Below, piece by piece: positions 61,310 through 64,000 of a stretch of DNA of 64,000 nt. Each line of letters opens with the position of its first letter. The stretch's first letter is position 1. The DNA is from Spirochaetia bacterium (lineage in GTDB: Bacteria; Spirochaetota; Spirochaetia; SZUA-6; Bin103). Position numbers and translations under genes: made by a program. The DNA is taken from NCBI GenBank assembly GCA_965199955.1, contig CBDATQ010000002.1, forward strand, positions 480,001 to 544,000. The letters are read 5' to 3'. The notes under the pieces are model-generated. The model was not told the origin of the DNA. It did not search any database and worked only from the letters and a program-made list of their open reading frames with translations.

Positions 61310-62320
61310 ATGATGAGGATCTCGAGCGGCGGCGGGGACCTCTCGGACAGCTCCCTGCGGCGCGCGATTCAGCTCGGTGTCGACTGCATCGACCTGGGCT
61401 GTCCTCCCCTCGACCAACTGACCGCCGTCAAGAAGCGCATCCGGTCGTTCGGCCTGGACGTCAACCGCATCTCCCTGCCGGACATGAGCGCCGCCGTCAT
61501 GCGCGGCGAGGACGGCTCCGGGAAGGAGCTGGACGCCGTCGAGCGCACCCTGCGCGCCTTCGGCGACGCGGGCTACCGGCTCACCTTTCAGCGCTTCGAG
61601 GGCAGCAACTTCAACCACCTGGTCACCTTCTACGAGTCCGAGCACCGCGGCGGCTACCGCGGAAGCGGCAAGAGCGTGTGGCTGACCGGCAGGCGTCCGC
61701 CCGAGCGGCCGGAGGAGGAGCTGCGCCAGGCGCGCATCGCCTACTGGCCTCACTTCGGCCACGACGAGCCGCCCCGCCGCGCCGAGCTCGACGCCTGGTG
61801 GGGGCAGTTCTGCCGCGCCTTCGAGCGGCTGGTGCCGATCGCCGAGGAGTACGAGATGCGAATCGGCGTCCATCCGGCCGACCTGCCCTTGGCAGACACT
61901 CCGTTCGGAACGCTGGGGTTCCACCGGGTGATCGACGCCTTCCCCAGCCGTAACGTCGGCTACCTCTACTGCTGCGGCACGCGCGCGGAGGCGGGCGGGT
62001 TGCCGCTGGTGCTGGAGGAGATCCACAACTACGGGCGGCAGGGACGCCTTTTCATGATCCATTTCCGCAACATCCGCGGCAGCCTGATGACCTCCAGCGC
62101 CTACGAGGAGGTGCTGCTGGATGACGGTGACATGAACATGTTCAAGATCCTGCTGGAGCTGCACCGGGCGGGATTCGACGGCTGCCTGAGTCCCGACCAC
62201 ATCTTCCGGCTGGAAGGCGATCCGGATGCCTCGACCGACCAGAATCGCGCGTACCAGGGGCTTGCCTTCTCGATCGGGTACCTGAAGGGGCTGCTCGCCG
62301 CGCTCGCGGTGGTGGGATAG
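61310..62320 (+). CDS. Mannonate dehydratase (UxuA)-like TIM-barrel enzyme
   Basis: LVPIAEEY.MRIGVHPADLP, YCCGT, IHFRNIRG, YEEVLLDDGDMNM, SPDH, AFSIGYLKG. Confidence 0.8.
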   Translation: MMRISSGGGDLSDSSLRRAIQLGVDCIDLGCPPLDQLTAVKKRIRSFGLDVNRISLPDMSAAVMRGEDGSGKELDAVERTLRAFGDAGYRLTFQRFEGSNFNHLVTFYESEHRGGYRGSGKSVWLTGRRPPERPEEELRQARIAYWPHFGHDEPPRRAELDAWWGQFCRAFERLVPIAEEYEMRIGVHPADLPLADTPFGTLGFHRVIDAFPSRNVGYLYCCGTRAEAGGLPLVLEEIHNYGRQGRLFMIHFRNIRGSLMTSSAYEEVLLDDGDMNMFKILLELHRAGFDGCLSPDHIFRLEGDPDASTDQNRAYQGLAFSIGYLKGLLAALAVVG

Positions 62321-62336
62321 GAGAGGGAGGAACCGC

Positions 62337-63506
62337 ATGAATGCCGATGAGATCTACCGGAAGCTGGGAGTGCCCGCGTCCGTCAATGCCGTGGGCACCG
62401 GCACGCTGGTCGGCGGCTCGGGCCCGCCCGACTTCGTGCGGGAGGCGATGGAGGCCGCGAGCGGGCGCTTCGTCAAGATGGACGATCTGCTGCGCGCCTG
62501 CGGTGACGCCATCGCCGCTCAGGTGGGCACCGAGGCCGCCTACATCTCCTGCGGCGGCGCCGCCGGCGTGACCCTGAGCGCCGCCGCCTGCATTGCCGGC
62601 ACCGACCCCGCGGCAATCCGCCGCCTGCCGGACGCCGAGGGACTGCGCAACGAGATCGTGGTGCAGAAGCGCCACTCCGACAGCTACGACCGCTGCCTGC
62701 GCGCCGCCGGGGCGCGGCTGGTCGAGGTGGGGCGTGAGGACGGCTGCGACGCCGCCGAGCTGGAGGCCGGCATCACCGGCGACACCGTGGCGATCTGGTA
62801 TCCCTGGCCGCCGCTGGGCGACCAGACCGGCCTCTACCCGGAGATGCCCGGCCCGGACGAGATCGTCCCGCTGGAGGAGGCGCACGCCATCGGCAGGCGC
62901 CGCGGCGTGCCCGTGATCGCCGACGCCGCCTCGGACATCTACCCGCTGGACTTCATGCGCCGGTGCGCGGCCGCCGGAGACCTGGTGGTGTTCGGCGGCA
63001 AGTACTTCGGCGGCCCCAACGCCAGCGGCTTCGTGTGCGGCGACCGCGGCCTGATCGAGGCGGTCGCCGCGCAGGGCTTCACCATGCCGGCCGGCACCAT
63101 GGGCATCGGCCGCTCCATGAAGCTGGACCGCCAGCAGGTGATCGCCCTGACCGTCGCCGTCGAGCGCTGGTTCGCCACCGACCACGCCGCCCGCTTCGCC
63201 GCCATCGACCGCAGGCTCGTCGTGGTCGAGCAGGCGCTGCAAGGTCTCCCGCACGTCCGGCTGGAGCCGCACATGGTGACTCACGGATTCTACGGCTCCT
63301 TCCTGGTCGTCGAGCTGGACACCGCGGCGCTCGGCAGGACGGCGCGGCAGATCGCCGAGGAGCTGTACGTCGGCGAGCCGTCGGTGCTGGTGCAGTCGCC
63401 CACCGAGTCCACGCTGTGGGTGTTCTTCTACACCGTCGAGGACGGCGAGGAGCGGATCATCGCCGACCGGATGCGTGCCGTGCTGGCCCAGGTGGTGAGC
63501 CGATGA
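62337..63506 (+). CDS. SelA/DgaE-like PLP-dependent enzyme
   Basis: IY.KLGV..SVNAVG..T.VGGS, GGAAG, IADAAS, FGGKYFGGPNASG, IGRSMK. Confidence 0.85.
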   Translation: MNADEIYRKLGVPASVNAVGTGTLVGGSGPPDFVREAMEAASGRFVKMDDLLRACGDAIAAQVGTEAAYISCGGAAGVTLSAAACIAGTDPAAIRRLPDAEGLRNEIVVQKRHSDSYDRCLRAAGARLVEVGREDGCDAAELEAGITGDTVAIWYPWPPLGDQTGLYPEMPGPDEIVPLEEAHAIGRRRGVPVIADAASDIYPLDFMRRCAAAGDLVVFGGKYFGGPNASGFVCGDRGLIEAVAAQGFTMPAGTMGIGRSMKLDRQQVIALTVAVERWFATDHAARFAAIDRRLVVVEQALQGLPHVRLEPHMVTHGFYGSFLVVELDTAALGRTARQIAEELYVGEPSVLVQSPTESTLWVFFYTVEDGEERIIADRMRAVLAQVVSR

Positions 63507-64000
63507 TCCGACTCTCCATGGGGTCGGCGGACCTCTCCGACAGCTTCCTGCGCCGCATCGTCCAGCTCGGCGTCGACTGCGTCGACCTGGGCTGTCCGCC
63601 CCTCGACGGGCTGTCCGCTCTGAAGAAGCGCATCCGGTCGTTCGGGCTGGACGTCAACAGCGTGTTCCTGCCGGACATGAGCGCCGCCTTCATGGGCGCT
63701 GAGGACGGCTCCGGGCAGGATCTGGAGGCCGTCGAGCGCACCCTGCGCGCCTACGGCGATGCCGGCCTGCGGCTCGTGTTCCAGCGTTACGAGGGCAACA
63801 ACTTCAACCACCTGGTCACCTTCTACGAGTCGGTGCACCGCGGCGGCTACTGCGGAAGCGGCAAGATCGTGTGGCTGACCGGCCGGCGCCCGCCCGAGCG
63901 GCCTCAAGCGGAGCTGCGCCGGGTGGGCTTCGCCGGCTGCCTGAGCCCCGACCACGTCTTCCGGCTGGAAGGCGATCCGGATGCCTCGGCCGACCAGACC
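63503..64000 (+). pseudogene. Second UxuA-like copy with a 146-codon in-frame internal deletion (partial at window edge)
   Basis: Colinear with 61310-62320 up to ERP.AELR, then jumps to GF.GCLSPDH; breakpoints at GAGCTGC(G/A)CC(A/G)GG (61718 and 62156 in copy 1). Confidence 0.88.

Noticed and set aside
62337..63506. selA (selenocysteine synthase)
   Set aside because: Shorter than true SelA, lacks its N-terminal tRNA-binding region, and has no selB/selC nearby; fits the DgaE/SelA-like catabolic family better

Overview
High-GC bacterial chromosome segment, most likely from a spirochaete. The basis is the murG-cvpA-clamp loader-hk2-rrp2 gene order known from Borrelia/Treponema, a solitary groES divergent from a sigma factor, and DUF6675-like and PUR/DUF3276 genes. 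Bases 1-11.4 kb are intact core genes. They include a perfect sigma54 (-24/-12) promoter in front of a short RpoS-like sigma factor, about 1.2 kb downstream of the Rrp2-like activator, which suggests a Borrelia-style Rrp2-RpoN-RpoS cascade. The rest is an accessory catabolic region: five Fe/2OG dioxygenases, four Gfo/Idh/MocA oxidoreductases, BNR/sialidase proteins, polB, tRNA-Gly, an intact IS1634 with target-site duplication, an IS110 relic and many truncated or frameshifted genes. There are two main candidates for undescribed systems. One is a phnA + Zn alcohol dehydrogenase + aldehyde dehydrogenase operon without phnW, proposed as a 2-hydroxyethylphosphonate catabolic route. The other is a tandemly duplicated Rpn / HTH repressor / Cro-like / eukaryote-like cargo module whose two copies have decayed in complementary parts. 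All family calls come from motif recognition by eye; no database searches were run.
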